Source: Salpingoeca rosetta (taxonomy: Eukaryota; Protista; Choanoflagellata). Taken from it: a DNA stretch of 64,000 nt. This document shows, in pieces, positions 17,223 to 30,977 of the stretch. The stretch is from contig JAWQFM010000015.1 of the NCBI GenBank assembly GCA_033442325.1, positions 599,983 through 663,982 on the forward strand, read 5' to 3'. The notes beneath the pieces are model-generated. The model saw only the letters and a program-made list of their open reading frames with translations, was not told where the DNA came from and ran no database searches. A program made the translations under genes and the position numbers. Each line of letters begins with the position of its first letter. The stretch's first letter is position 1.

Positions 17223-18011
17223 CACACGCACGCAACACACACACACGCACACACGCAACACAACGCACACACACAACACATAAACAAGGCATCGCGTACA
17301 AGGCATGTGTCCTGGACCCATTCCTCCAACAAGCGACGGCTGTCCATGTCGAACACACACACGCACACACGCACACACACACATATTTGGGTGAGCAGCG
17401 CCACATATATCCACATATATATGCAGCAGAGCACTTGAGTCAACGACACGTGCGATTACTGCGATACAAGACAACCAAAAACAAAACAAGCGTCGACAAG
17501 CCTCAACAAGCATGTGTGGTGCATGGAGGTGATAGTGGCAAGGGCAATCACGCACATCTCGCTCCATGCCAGGTGGTGGATAGAACGGCGCACCGTCGCC
17601 GTCCTTGTAGTAGCTCTGCACGCACACATGGACACGCGCGCACATGGACACACGCACATACGAATGCGCGCACACACAAAACCGTATGAGCACACATGGA
17701 CACATACGCAAAGACATGCATGTGCGCATCGAAGGAGCGCAAGGGATTGGGCGTGGTGAGGCGATGGCTGTGGTGTACAGCAGTACTATGACAAGAAATG
17801 GCAGCAGCCCTGAGATCAGCCAGCCAAGAGGGTTCACAGTCTTCAAGACGGCGACAGTGGAGAGGAATCTCGCTCAAAACTCGACACGCACCATTCTGAA
17901 GACGTGGTGGCGTGCAGGGATGTTGAGTCGATGTGGATGGCGGAAGGGCGGATAGAAGGGACGCGCATTGCGAGACAGTCGCGTGGTATGCGAGGGAGCG
18001 CGGTTAGACAT
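13384..18011 (-). CDS. CNOT2: CCR4-NOT complex subunit 2 (NOT2/3/5 NOT-box) with a Gln/Pro-rich N-terminus; 5' exons and start codon uncertain
   Basis: 3' exons encode EYGLEGLLQMV...RGLD...TPWN, GINRFPDETLFYMFYNLPGDILQLSAANHL and FGRSWRFHRVKRVWL...GTYIVFDPRVWREVEQTFTVQFKHLE. An upstream YSIHADDFPSL motif is also present. The start is tentatively the ATG at 18011 (MSNRAPS). Confidence 0.85.
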
Positions 18012-19006
18012 GGTGGTGGGTTGGCGGTGATGAGCAGTGATGAGCAGTGAAAGGTGACTGGTGTGGGTGAAATAATAGCCAGACTGAGGGCGTGTGGGAA
18101 AAGACGACAATGCGAAACAGAGCAATGCGGAGGGGGTCAAGACGAACGCAAAGCGGCTGCAAAAGGGGATGGTAGTGGCCCAGTGTGAGATGAGAGGGTG
18201 TGGAAAGTGAGTGGACTTTACCCGAAGCGAAGTCCGTGTGTTTGTGCCAAAACCTTCTTCTCTTGTTCTCAGTACGCAACGACAGACGTTCTTGAACAGG
18301 TGTCAACAATCACAGGCGCCAAAAAGCCGACTGCCATGTGAACAGTGGCAGAGACAGGAGAGCGTGGAGGCACGCGGCACAACAAAAACAACAACATGTG
18401 AGCAAGCAAGTGGACACGACATCAAAGAAGGGCGCGAACAATGAGCGTCTTGTCGAGTCAAAGCTTGCGTGTCTGTGTACATGCATGGGGTGTTGCTGCG
18501 CTTGGCCAAGGGACCAGCAACTTGAGCGCACGTACATGTGCGTGTACGTGAAGAACAACGGCCATCATATGTATCCATTAAGTCAACGGCACAGAACGGA
18601 GATGGAGTGCACAAACAACCACGACTCAATTGCCCCCCCCCCACACACACACACACGACGACAGAAGAGCAGTCCGTCTACTACTCGACGTCCTCCCTCT
18701 CAACATAGAGAGAGCGGCATGCCACCCCCAGGCAACCGATCCATGTCTTTTGCAGTCCATCTCACCTCTTTCACCGCCAACTGACCACCTCCAACAAACG
18801 AACACCAACCAACCAATCCAGCACACCACACGACGCCGAACCAAGTCCCACAGCCTCCTCACCTCTTTCTCGTTTGTTTCGTCGCTCCACGGCAAAGCCT
18901 CAACCACCCGCGATGTAGACAATTTGTGAACGATTTCGGTAAACTTTCGCAAGAAGAAAGCAAACAACGGCCAAGAAGCAACAACGACGACAAGCTGAGA
19001 GGAAGG

Positions 19007-19466
19007 ATGGATGATGATGTGGTGTTGGACGCAGACGCGTTGAACCTGCGGGAGGAGGAGAAGGAAGAAGGGAGCAACGATGACGGTGGAAGGCAACGTG
19101 GAGGCGATGGACAAGGGGAAGGTGGAGACCAACACGGTGTTGGAGAGGCAGAACCGCGGCAGGATGGCAGTGGTGGTGGTGGTGAGGGTGAGGAAGGCGA
19201 TGGCGAAGGTGAGGAGGAGCTGAAGGCTCCGCTGCGAGGGGTGATTGGAGCCGTGCGCGTGGAGGACTTGCCCGCACCGGCCGAGCACACCTTCAACACG
19301 TATCTGGTGGATGAAGCGCATCCACTCTACATCAAAGCCATGGATCACCTCCGCAAGGTTTGTGGGCAGAGCAGGTGATTGACAGATGGGAAGCGAGCGC
19401 CAACGTGCACGTGCATGTCACAAACTTGAAAAGGCTCACAGTGTTAGCTTTTGCCTCCTCTGTGTG

Positions 19467-19513
<47 letters not shown>

Positions 19514-19670
19514 TGCGCACTTTTGCGGTGAACTCTCGTTGATTGACAGGAGCCAGATGAGGATCGGCCGTATGATCACATGTACAAGTGCCGGGACGAG
19601 CTGAAGCAGCTCCAAGCGGCCATCAAGGTCAAAGGGGAAGAGCTCAGCGTCCAGCACGAACACCGACAAG

Positions 19671-19747
<77 letters not shown>

Positions 19748-21521
19748 CGTACGATCCATGTGGTGTCTGTTAGTTTGTGATTGTTGTGAAAACGCAAAGG
19801 CTCCACTCACGAATGCTTGATTGTGGTTGGTCAACACCATCACCCCTGCAGTGCTGAAGTGTTGCCTTGCGCGCCTCGACAACATCATCGGCAGCCTCTT
19901 CGTCGACACGGACGAGATATCAGAGGGGTGCAAGCTCCTTGAGCAGGTGGGCAGGCATGAGCAAGGGGTGCACAGGGTGTGGCCATCATTGCCATGCGAC
20001 ACTTGGTTGTCGCTGTCAAGTTCCTCGCAAAGCCGACACACACACACACACATACACACACATACACACACAATAACACGCCCACACTACACGCATACAC
20101 TGCACACTCACATGCACACACAATAACACACATACACACACTGCGCACTCACATACACACGCGACTCACGAATGCATTCACTCGTCCTTTGACGCCTGCA
20201 TGCTGGTCATCGTCAGGCCATTGATGTGGGCGAGCCTGTGCCGACGATGCTGGGCACGTGCGTCCTGGATGGTATGAACCGGCTGGGTATTGTGTGGGCC
20301 GACAGAAAGGAGTTTTCCCGCGCACTCGACATGCTGCAGCGAGCAAAGGCGCTGTATGTGGCGCTCAAGGCGCAGGACGACGCGCCCTGGGGACGATGCG
20401 AGTACGTGAATGTCAATGACACACGCAAAGTGTTGATGTGCGTGTATGTGAATGTGTGTGGGTGAGCGTGTGTGAGCATGTGTATGAGAGAGTGTGTGTG
20501 TGAGAGAGCGAGTGGGTGTATGTGAGTGTAAGTGTAAGTGTGTGTGTGTGGATGTGGATGTGAATGTGTGCGTATCGTCACCTCTGTCGTCGTCATCGTC
20601 ATCGTCGTCATCGTCGTCGTCTGATCCACGTCATCTGTGCTGCTGCGCGGTGCAGGCTGCTCCCTGTGCAGGGCGATGAGGAGCGAATGGACGAATTGGA
20701 GAACACATACACACACTGCCTCTTCTACCTCGCCCAGTGCTACATGCAGCTCGACCAGCCGGGAAAGGTGCGATGGAACTTTGTCACGTGGTGTGGTGGG
20801 GTGGTGCGTGGATTGCTTGTTCTGCCCCCCCCCCGCCGCACTTTGCTGCGTGCGTGCATGATGAAATATACGTGCACCCCTGCTTCATTTAATGGCGCTC
20901 ACTTGCTCACTTGCCCACTCCCCCCCCCTTCACACACGCATGCACATGTGCGCAGTCTGCGGAGTACTGCCAGCAGACACTCGCGCGACAATACGAGACG
21001 GGACAGTTCGACAAGCTGGTGTGTGTGTGTGTGTGTGCGTGTGTGTGTGCGTGTATGTGTTTGTTATGTTTGTTGTGTGTGCGGGTTTATGTGTGTTTGT
21101 ATTTGTTGATGTTTGTTGATGTTTTGTTGGTGTCGTTGACGGTCTGCGCTGTCTGACGGCCCGTCAGTGCTAACCCTCTTCATTCGTGACTTACACCTTA
21201 TCATCACCACCACCACCACCACCACCACAATCGTCGCCGCTGTCATCGTCATCAGGACTGGGCAACTAACGCTGCTGCGATTTCGCAATATTACCTCTCC
21301 GAGAACGCATTTAGCGATGCGCGCATGTATCTTGGTGGGTCACAGAACCTTGGATGGAGAGGGGAATACATGTGGAAGAGGGGAGCATTGAGTTGGACAG
21401 CTCCTCACAATGCAGCTGAACACGTACAAACACACACGTGTCCATGTTCATACAACATACTTGCATGCACATGCCACTGCTTTCTCACTTACCATACACC
21501 GCCGCCACCACCACAAATCAA

Positions 21522-21553
<32 letters not shown>

Positions 21554-23726
21554 GCGTGTGCGCAGGCGGTTGCGGATACGGAGGAGCGCGACGATGAGGA
21601 CACGCAGCAGAAGAAGGCCGCAATTGCGCAGTGCTGGGTCAAGTACCACCTCACCCTTCTCAACGCCTCCTGGTCGGTGTGTGTGTATGTTTGTATGTTT
21701 GTATGTTTGTATGTGTATGTGTGTGTATGTTTGTATGTGTGTGTGTGTGTGTCGATGCCCCTACCGTTGTATCGGTTTTGGCCCTTGGCCTCGCCAATGA
21801 GAAGCACCGTGATGTGCCACCTGCCATCGTGCCTCTCGCCCACTCTACATCAACTACTCACATGCACATGCATACGTACACGTACACGTACACGTGCATG
21901 TACACGTGTCAGGGAGCTTGTGCAAGGGAATGTGTCTGAGGAGGACGTGAAGTCGACGCTTGAACCAGCACTGCCCCTCCACGTCCCCAACATGCACACA
22001 TACATCCACAGGGTGCGTTGGCTCTCGGTGACACACAGTGTGTCTTTGTGTTTGTGCCTGTGTCTCTGCGGCTGTGTATGCTTTTGGTTGTGTATGTGTG
22101 TCTGTGTGTATGGCTGTGTATGTGCTTCTGTCTGTGTGACTGTGTGTCTGCTTGTTGACCTGTGTTAGATGCTTTGTTGCGCCTCACAACCATTCAACTA
22201 CCCCATTTGCAAACATCACCCACATCAACACCACAATCCTCCATTCACCCCGCCCCCCCCCCCCACACACACACACACGCAGACGCCAACGACACTGGCG
22301 CGGACCAGCGAAGATGCGCGGAAATATTTCTTGCAAGGTGACGCGAAGTTGGCATTGGTCGTGCACTGCGAGCTGGGTGATGATCCTGGGCGTGTATTGT
22401 GCCATGCTGTGTTGCAAGGAAGCTGGTGTTGATGCCGAAACTAGCTTGCGACTTACAGGCAAAAATGTTTCTCGTATCTCTACGTGTGTGCGCGTGTGCT
22501 CGGTTTCACACACGCACGCACAAACACATACGCACATTTCACCATTCAACACTCAATCCACAGGCCAGAAGTGGATCCAGGCGGCGCTGAAGTTCTTCAC
22601 CCTCGATGAGCACGCGTCCGGACACGTCGCATGCGGTACGGATCAACCAGGGGCTGCTGCTGCTGCGAGATCGATTGTTTGCTGATCCTTTCTTCGCTTC
22701 TCACTCATTGACACACATGCATATCTCCTCTGCCCCACGACCCCTCCATCTCCCGCCTTAACTTTTTCCCTCTTCTTCAGTGCAAGACCACTCGCAGCTG
22801 TACCGCATGCTTGCGCAGTTTGAAGAGAATTCAGACCACGCTGCGAAGATGCACAAGCGCCGCGTGGACATGCTTGAAAACACGCTCAATGAGCTCAACC
22901 CGCAGTACTACCTTGCTGTCTGCAAGCAACTTGCCTTTGAACTCGGTGCGTGCTTCCGATGATGAATCGTGATGGTGGTGGTTGCTGTGTGTGATGGTGG
23001 TGGTCGCTGTGTGTGATGGTGGTGGTTGCTGTGTGTGATGGTGGTGGTTGCTGTGTGTGATGGTGGTGGTCGCTGTGTGTGATGGTGGTGGTTGCTGTGT
23101 GTGATGGTGGTGGTTGCTGTGTGTGATGGTGGTGGTCGCTGTGTGTGATGGTGGTGGTTGCTGTGTGTGGTGATGGCAGCAACGAAAAAAGGTGGTGGGG
23201 GTGGTGGTGATCAATGTGGTGATATCGGAGTGCTGGTTTGCTGGCGTGTTCAGTGACTGCTGCGTGTACATGACACTTGTGTTGCGTTGTCCCGCCTACC
23301 CTCTCACCGGCTTCATTTTCCTTTGTTTGCCTGCAGGCAATGCGTGTCAAGACATGATGGATCTCAAGTTGGCCAAGTTCAACGCACAAACGCCAGACGT
23401 GAAGCTCATGGCAAAGATTACAAAACTGTACGCAAATGTGTGTGCGTGTTTGGTTGCTTGTGTGTTGTGTGCGTATGTTGTGTGCGTGTGTTGCTTGTTT
23501 GTTACTTGTGTGCGTGTGTGCGTTGAACACCCCTCTCGTGGTTTCCATTGCGGGTATGACCTCATCATGCTGCAATCGCCACCACGACGACAGCGGCAGC
23601 AAGTCGATTATGTACTTCCAGCGCTTCATTGGTGAGTCAGACACCACCCAGTGCTGCCTTGCATCGCACCCTAAATTCCAGTGCACAAAGTTGTTCAACT
23701 CGTTCACCCGCTCGCACTTTCTCTCC

Positions 23727-23771
<45 letters not shown>

Positions 23772-24741
23772 TCACTCACTCACACACACACACACTCTCT
23801 CTCTCACACACACACACACTCTCACTCACTCACTCACTCACTCACTCACTCACTCACTCACACCCATGCACACACATACACGCACACACACGTCGCCCAT
23901 CCTCACCAGACCTGCATCGGGACCACAAGAAAGCGCTGCCTGAGACGTATGAGGACGGGGCTGCCAAAGGCGTCATGACTGCGCACTTCACCATCGCCCG
24001 CGTGTATGTTCACCTCTTCCCAATCGTACCCGTTTCACCAACCCTGCCACGTGCCTGCCTCGTTTGAACTGGGCCTGATTCCTTGCATGATGTGAACGTG
24101 CGCTCACTTACTTTGCGACATTTGCTGGCTTGCATGTGTTCTTACTCCCATCGCCCCTTGCTGCCCTTCAGTTATTCGAAGCTGCTTGCACCAGACAAAG
24201 CGCAACGTGTCAAGAACCTGAAGGAGTGGTGAGCTGTTTCTTTGTCCAACTTGAGCAGGCACACTTGTTGCTTCACTCGCTCACACTAAAATACTTATTG
24301 CTTCACTCGCTCACACTAAAATACTTACTGTCTTACTTACACACACACGCACTCTCTCTCTCTCTCTCACAATAACACATACACACACACAATAACACTC
24401 ACTCACTCACTCTCTCACTCACTCACTCGCGTACACGTGTGCTTCCCTGTTCAGTCTGCGCTACCACCAGTACATTGTCGACTATTGCGAGAACCACCCC
24501 GACTTTACTGAATTTGCCGTGCGTGTTGCGTGTGATGGTGCTTGACTTGTGGTGCTTTGTCGCGTCTGTGGTGGTGGTTTGTGGTGTGCCCCTTCACACC
24601 GTTTCACACTCTCACACGCTTTCATGGTCACTCACGCGCACACACGCACACGCACATGCACATCAAATCCACGAGCAGCGCGAACTGGAACTGTCCAAGG
24701 AAATGGTGCAGCTCTTGCCGGCGCAGATTCAGCGAATCTGA
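19007..24741 (+). CDS. KIFBP: KIF-binding protein (KBP/KIAA1279, TPR-like), many short exons
   Basis: Exons encode NRLGIVWADR, ENTYTHCLFYLAQCY, KSAEYCQQTLARQ, DWATNAAAISQYY, QDHSQLYRMLAQFEE...KMHKRRVDMLE...ELNPQYYLAVCKQLAFELG and a final RELELSKEMVQLLP, all matching the KBP_C family. Confidence 0.9.
22968..23175. repeat. Intronic minisatellite, about 9 copies of a 22-25 bp unit (GTTGCTGTGTGTGATGGTGGTG)
   Basis: Head-to-tail units with no unique spacers, inside a KIFBP intron. Confidence 0.9.
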
Positions 24742-24751
24742 CCACACACAC

Positions 24752-24865
<114 letters not shown>

Positions 24866-24998
24866 CGCGCACACACAGATATCGCGCATTTGTCTTCATT
24901 TGAGTGTGGGAACTGTGTTCAATATGTACCTACAGCCGAAGTGCAACTAGAAGTAGAACGAACAAACGACCAAGCAGACGTAGCAACAGAAAACTTGC

Positions 24999-25043
<45 letters not shown>

Positions 25044-25230
25044 GCACGCACGCACACACACACACGCACAAGCACGCACGTCTCCCATAACAGAGGGAGA
25101 TTGGTTGAATTATCCGAAGCCAAAGCACGAATGCATTCGTCTTAACAACACACACGCCCACGCACATGCACATGCACACGCACATGCACACGCACATGCA
25201 CACGCACACGCACATGCACACGCACACGCT

Positions 25231-28200
25231 TCACTGGAACTTTTTCTTCAGGAGCGCCATGAGTTCTTTCACGTTGAGTTCACAGCCCTCAATGGACGTC
25301 AGCTCCGTGTTTCCGTTTTGCAGCATTGCATCAAGGTCGTCCCATGTTACCTGCGAGCGCTCATACAACCCGCGGTGCAATTGCGCAATAATCGTGTACA
25401 CGCCAGCCTCGTACGATGTAAACTCAAATGTCATCTCCTTGAGGGGCCGTGACGCATTGTGAACCTCCACCAGCACGCCCTTTGACTTGAGCTTCTGCCC
25501 GCTGTACTGGTGCGTTCCAAAGCGGTTCTTTGCCAGGGCTTTCGCTGCTGCCTGAGCTGTGTGCTTGCGTCGCAGCTTCCCAAACAGCCGGCTGCCACCG
25601 CTACCACCAGCACCGCCAGTGCTGTTGCTGCTGCTTGCGTTGGTTGATGTGACAATGCCGCTTGCACCGCTACCGCCAACGGCAGTTGCGCCCTGCACAA
25701 CGACACCAGCAGGCGTGCCCGCAACGCTCTTCACAGCGCCATCACTTCCAATCGCTGTTGCACTTGCACTTGTCGCTGTTCCCGTCGATGTTGACGCTGG
25801 CGATGCTGGTGACGATGCAGGTCCTCCCAGCAGCACACCGCTTCCACCACGCGCGCTCGGCTGCACGTTGACAGACACGCCGCCATCACGGCGCTTGCTG
25901 CCTGGCCGCCCACGCTTGCTCTTCTTGCGATCGGCGAGAGCGCTGCCACCGCTGCCACCGCTGCCGACGCCAGTGCCGCTGCTGTCATCCCCAAACGCAA
26001 CGCGGCACTGCTCAATGTACTCCTCGTAAAACGCAACACGCTGCTCCACCCGCAGCTGCTTTGTCTCCGCCAGCACGCGCGACGCCTCCAGCTTGCTCTT
26101 CTCCTTTCGCCGAAACCGCCGCAGCAGCGCGTGTTCGCGAATGTCCTTGACAATGGCAGCGAGAATGGCGTTGTAGTCGTCATCGGGCGACACCAGACCC
26201 GCTGGGATGAGCTCCGCCTCAAGCGTCTCCCGCACCTCCGCCTGCAACTCGCTCAGGCGCGCACCAATCTTGGACAGGGTGCTGCGGCGCGCCTGGTCCG
26301 TCAGTCGCGTGTTCTTCATCACGTTGAGCGTGAACGCGCGGTGTGCCATCTCCTCCCGGGGCGAGATGGGGTCATACAGCACGGATTTCAGTGTCGTGCG
26401 GCCACGCACCATCCGCAGCAGGTCAATCACCTTCTTCTTCGTCTCCGCCATCATCTTTTGCAGCCGCGAGCCGTGCTCATCCTCAGACTGCTGCACAAAC
26501 ACCTTCAGTCGCACCACAACCGGCGTGTGCACGGCCGCCGCCTCAAACCCGAGCTCGTATGTCTTGGGCACGCGAATCGTGTCTGCAGCCAGTGGGCTCT
26601 CGCTCAACGCATGAGCGCCTTCAGTGTTGCCGACACCAACACCACCATCGCCACCGCTGTTGCTACTGTGCCCATTGCTGGTGCTGGTGGTGCTGCTGCC
26701 GCCGCGACGAAGGGACGGGCGAAGCTTCGAGCGCACAGACGCAATGCGACTGCCACCACGACTGCCGCTGTTGGCGTTGGCATTGGCATCACCGCCACCG
26801 CTGTTGCTGCTGTGTAGGACAAACGACGTGCGTTCGCTCAGGTCAGAGTGGAGTTTGCTGAGCGTGTCTTTGAGAAGCGTGTCTGTCGGGAACGCCTTGG
26901 TGCACGAGGACAGCACCATCTGGTGCAGGTTCAGCATATCACCCGGTGACACGTACACGCACATCTCGCTCAGCGTGACAATGTCGCTGTACTCATCAAC
27001 TCCGTAGTAGTCATCGAGACTGCGCACCTGGCAAATGCGCCGCGTCACCTCAACAAGCTTGGGCGAGTGCTGCTTGCAGAAGCGAGTGAACGCACGGTGC
27101 ACGTCCTCAGGCTTGTTGGCCGGCACTGGTGCCCCGTCAGCGAGAAGCGCATGCTCCAGGATGTCGCAACACGTGAGCAGATTGGTCGACTGCTCCTGTG
27201 TCAGCCGGAACTTGCGCTGGTGTGTGCCCTCGAGGTACTCCACCAGCACGCCTTTCGTCAGCAGCGGTGTCACATACGTGTGCACGAACAGGCGCCCAAC
27301 GAACCGGATCAGGGTTCCGTGCGCCTGCTGCCCAAAATGCGCCTTCATAAAGTCGTGCGCCTCCCGAAGAAGGAAGCACAGGCTAAACGGAAGCCGCTTC
27401 CACCCGTGTATCAGGCATGACACAATCTCCTTCGCCAGCGTGTAGTATGCGGGCTCATCCTCCGCCTCCTCATCGCCGTCGCGCGCGCCGTGCATGCGTG
27501 TATCGTGGTCCTGCAGCACCATCAGATCCGCAGCAAGAGATGACATTGTCTCCATGTCACGAATGCCAATCTCGCCCAGCTGCGCACTCGTCAGCGCCAG
27601 CAGCCGCTCGCCATTGATGTCCTGCGAGAACATGAGCGGGGCAACGTGCGCACGCTTGCTCTTCTTCAGCCACGTCCCCACGTCGCCAACCGTCCACCCG
27701 CGCACATCCTCCGGCATCCCGTACAGCGCGTTGGCGTAGTTGCGGGCCATCGTCTGGGTACGTGGGCGCTGCATGCCACCACCACCACCACCGCCGCCAC
27801 TGCTGCTGGTCGTACCAATGATGTCAGCGTCCTCAGCGCTCAGCAGCCACGCGCGAATGATGGGCGCAATGCCCGAAACGGCAAGGCCGTCCAGGGAGCG
27901 CATGAATCTCTGTGACACAAACGCCACACGCGGGTCCTTCAACACGGCATCGCACCACGCGTCAAAGTCACGGTGCTCAGAAAGCACATGCCAAAAGCTC
28001 TCGCTGAGCACATGTCTGTACACCTTCAGCAGCAACGCTTCCTCACGAGCAGAGCTGCCGCGGTTGAAGCAGACGTCAAGCAGGTAGTGCAGGTACCCTG
28101 GCTTGTTGTCACGCAGCATGGCCTCCCAGTAGCGCGGCTGTGTCTGCAGCACATACAACAGGCCGCCGTACGCGTCAAGCACGGCTGAGGACTCCTGCTC

Positions 28201-30666
28201 CGTTGTTAGTTGGGGGGCATGACAGTGAGGGAGATGGGGGGGGGCGATGTGTGGGGATGGAAAGGGTGAGGAGGTGCTGGCGACTGATGGTGATGGCACA
28301 GGCACGAGCGAACACGCGCACACACAAGCATGCGAGCACGCAAGCATGCACGTACACGAACCATGTTTGCTCGGGTGGCCTTTGCGGAGCGGGCGATGCT
28401 CTGGGATGCCGCAGCGGCCTGACCAAGGCCAGTCTGGTTCTTGATGATGGCAGCAATCATCTCATCCAGACGCTTCAGCTCCTCCTCAGCCTGTGGTGGT
28501 GGTGGTGGTGGTGGTGGTGGTGGTGGTGGTGGTGGTGGTGGTGGTGGTGGTGGTGAGTGTGGGCAAAAACACGCACTCAGCACCCGAAATGTCAGCACGA
28601 ATCGACGCAAGCCATATCAGCGCGCAAACAAAAGGGATACCAGCACACAGCAAGCCCCCCCCCGCACAGTCAAGCTTCCACAAGGTACGACAACAGAAGG
28701 CAGTCAAACCTTTGCGAGGGAGTTGATCTTCACAATAAGGTCGGACTTCAGCTTCTGCACTTCAACATCAAGCGCGCAGTCTTCGCTCGATTGCGTCAGG
28801 ACATGAAGGAAACGCTTCACTGTGTTCACATCGGGCTGAAGACGGAGGTTGTTGTACAACTTGCGTGTCAGAAAACCACGCACGTGCCGTTGAATCATAA
28901 TGACGGCGGTGGTCACTTCGTCCACGGCATAAGGGGCAAGGTTGAAGCCGTCATTGTGGATGGAGCGAGACTGAGAAGGTGACGCAGGGGAATCCACAGT
29001 GTCTCCGGGTGATAATTGCTGAAGCATAGATGACAGCTCTTCACCCGATACTTCAATGTATTCGGAACACGCAGCAGCCTTCGCCTCCTTCTCCGCAGCA
29101 TACGTCTTCCGTGCACTGAACCCGCGGTACGCAGCCTGGATCCGTGTTGCGCTCGCCTCCTCAACAGCAGCCCGCTCAGCTGCCTCACGCGCAGCCTTCG
29201 CCTCCTTCTCCGCAGCATACGTCTTCCGTGCACTGAACCCGCGGTACGCAGCCTTGGATCCCGTGTTGCGCTCGCCTCCTCAACAGCAGCCCGCTCAGCT
29301 GCCTCACGCGAGGAGCCTTCGCCTCCTTCTCCGCAGCATACGTCTTCCGTGCACTGAACCCGCGGTACGCAGCCTGGATCCGTGTTGCGCTCGCCTCCTC
29401 AACAGCAGCCCGCTCAGCTGCCTCACACGTAGCCTTCGCCTCCTTCTCCGCAGCATACGTCTTCCGTGCACTGAACCCGCGGTACGCAGACCTGGATCCG
29501 TGTTGCGCTCGCCTCCTCAACAGCAGCCCGCTCAGCTGCCTCACGCGCAGCCTTCGCCTCCTTCTCCGCAGCATACGTCTTCCGTGCACTGAACCCGCGG
29601 CACGCAGCCTGGATCCGTGTTGCGCTCGCCTCCTCAACAGCAGCCCGCTCTGCTGCCTCACGTGCAGCCTTCGCCTCCTTCTCCGCAGCATACGTCTTCC
29701 GTGCACTGAACCCGCGGTACGCAGCCTGGATCCGTGTTGCGCTCGCCTCCTCAACAGCAGCCCGCTCAGCTGCCTCACGCGCAGCCTTCGCCTCCTTCTC
29801 CGCAGCACTACGTCTTCCGTGCACTGAACCCGCGGTACGCAGCCTGGATCCGTGTTGCGCTCGCCTCCTCAACAGCAGCCCGCTCAGCTGCCTCACGCGC
29901 AGCCTTCGCCTCCTTCTCCGCAGCATACGTCTTCCGTGCACTGAACCCGCGGTACGCAGCCTGGATCCGTGTTGCGCTCGCCTCCTCAACAGCAGCCCGC
30001 TCTGCTGCCTCACGTGCAGCCTTCGCCTCCTTCTCCGCAGCATACGTCTTCCGTGCACTGAACCCGCGGTACGCAGCCTGGATCCGTGTTGCGCTCGCCT
30101 CCTCAACAGCAGCCCGCTCAGCTGCGTCTTTTTGTGCGGTGTTGCTTGAATTGCTGTCACGTTTCGCCTTCAGCTGCTTCAGGAGCTTTCTGGCCTTGTA
30201 CCCACGCCAGAGGGATTGCAGATAGATGACCGTGTCCTCGTTCTCCCAGAAAAAGTCCAGCATCCACTCAAAGTCTCGCTTCTGTAACCATCCTATTGAT
30301 TCATGCCACAAAGATGTTGTCAGGACTTGCAGCATTGCCAACGCTCTTGGTCACGTCTCACCACCCACTCTCACTTGTACACACGCCCACACACACACAC
30401 ACACACATGCACCCACACCCACACACACCTGCACCCACACACACACCTGCACGCACGCACACACACGCACGCACACACGCAGACGCACACAAGCCTGCAC
30501 TCTGTCCTGTGTTTCGACCAACGTCTGGACACCACCACGACTCACCTCGAATATACGCTTGGACGCGAACCACGGCGCGCAGTGTTCGCGCATAGTCCTT
30601 CCTCTGCACATACCCACGCCACGCAGCCTGCACCACCTGTGCAGCTGCGTGCTGCTCGTCGTCCAT
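25231..30666 (-). CDS. IQGAP-like protein: N-terminal IQ motifs plus a 9-copy IQ array, GAP-related domain with an inserted SAM domain, RasGAP_C and IQGAP C-terminal domain; no CH domain seen
   Basis: IQ motifs VQAAWRG, VQAYIR, LQSLWRG, IQAAYRG(xN) and IQRHVRG. IQGAP-typical segments VKRFLHVLTQSSED, LDAYGGLLYVLQTQPRY, REEALLLK and YNAILAAIVKDIR. C-terminus YSGQKLKSKGVL...LNVKELMALLKKKFQ*. The frame is broken by indels inside the repeat array. Confidence 0.85.
29071..30125 (-). repeat. Coding tandem repeat, about 9 x 117 bp (39 aa: AAERAAVEEASATRIQAAYRGFSARKTYAAEKEAKAARE)
   Basis: Near-identical head-to-tail copies, each with one IQ motif. Small indels at about 29255-29262, 29311, 29430, 29489 and 29808. 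Confidence 0.95.
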
Positions 30667-30977
30667 CCTCCCTCAACGCGCTGCTCCCTGCTGCAAACCC
30701 ACACACACACAGCCTGTTTGTGTTTGTTTCCGCGGCGGAACACCAGCTTGTCGCACAAAGACCTGTTGACGACAGCATGAACAGTAGCAGAATGCTGTGA
30801 ATGTGATAACAAAATGGGTGTTTTTGTACCCTAATTTGTACTCAACTTTTTTTATTTTTCTTGACCAAAGCAGAGGGCAAACCGCGCAAACCCACAAACA
30901 CATCCACAAGCGCGAACGCCACTGCCATATCCGCCACCTGCACACATCTGCTCTCTCTCCCTTCGCCAAGCCTCAAG

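Noticed and set aside
22968-23175. 22-25 bp repeat array / ORF with HHHHTQQPPPSHTATTTIT repeats
   Set aside because: It is an intronic minisatellite on the non-coding strand of KIFBP, with no spacers.
24268-24328. 30-bp direct duplication
   Set aside because: It is a local intronic slippage duplication in KIFBP with no evidence of function.
29071-30125. CRISPR-like regular array
   Set aside because: Units are head-to-tail with no unique spacers, are a multiple of 3 and encode IQ motifs. The context is eukaryotic with no cas genes.
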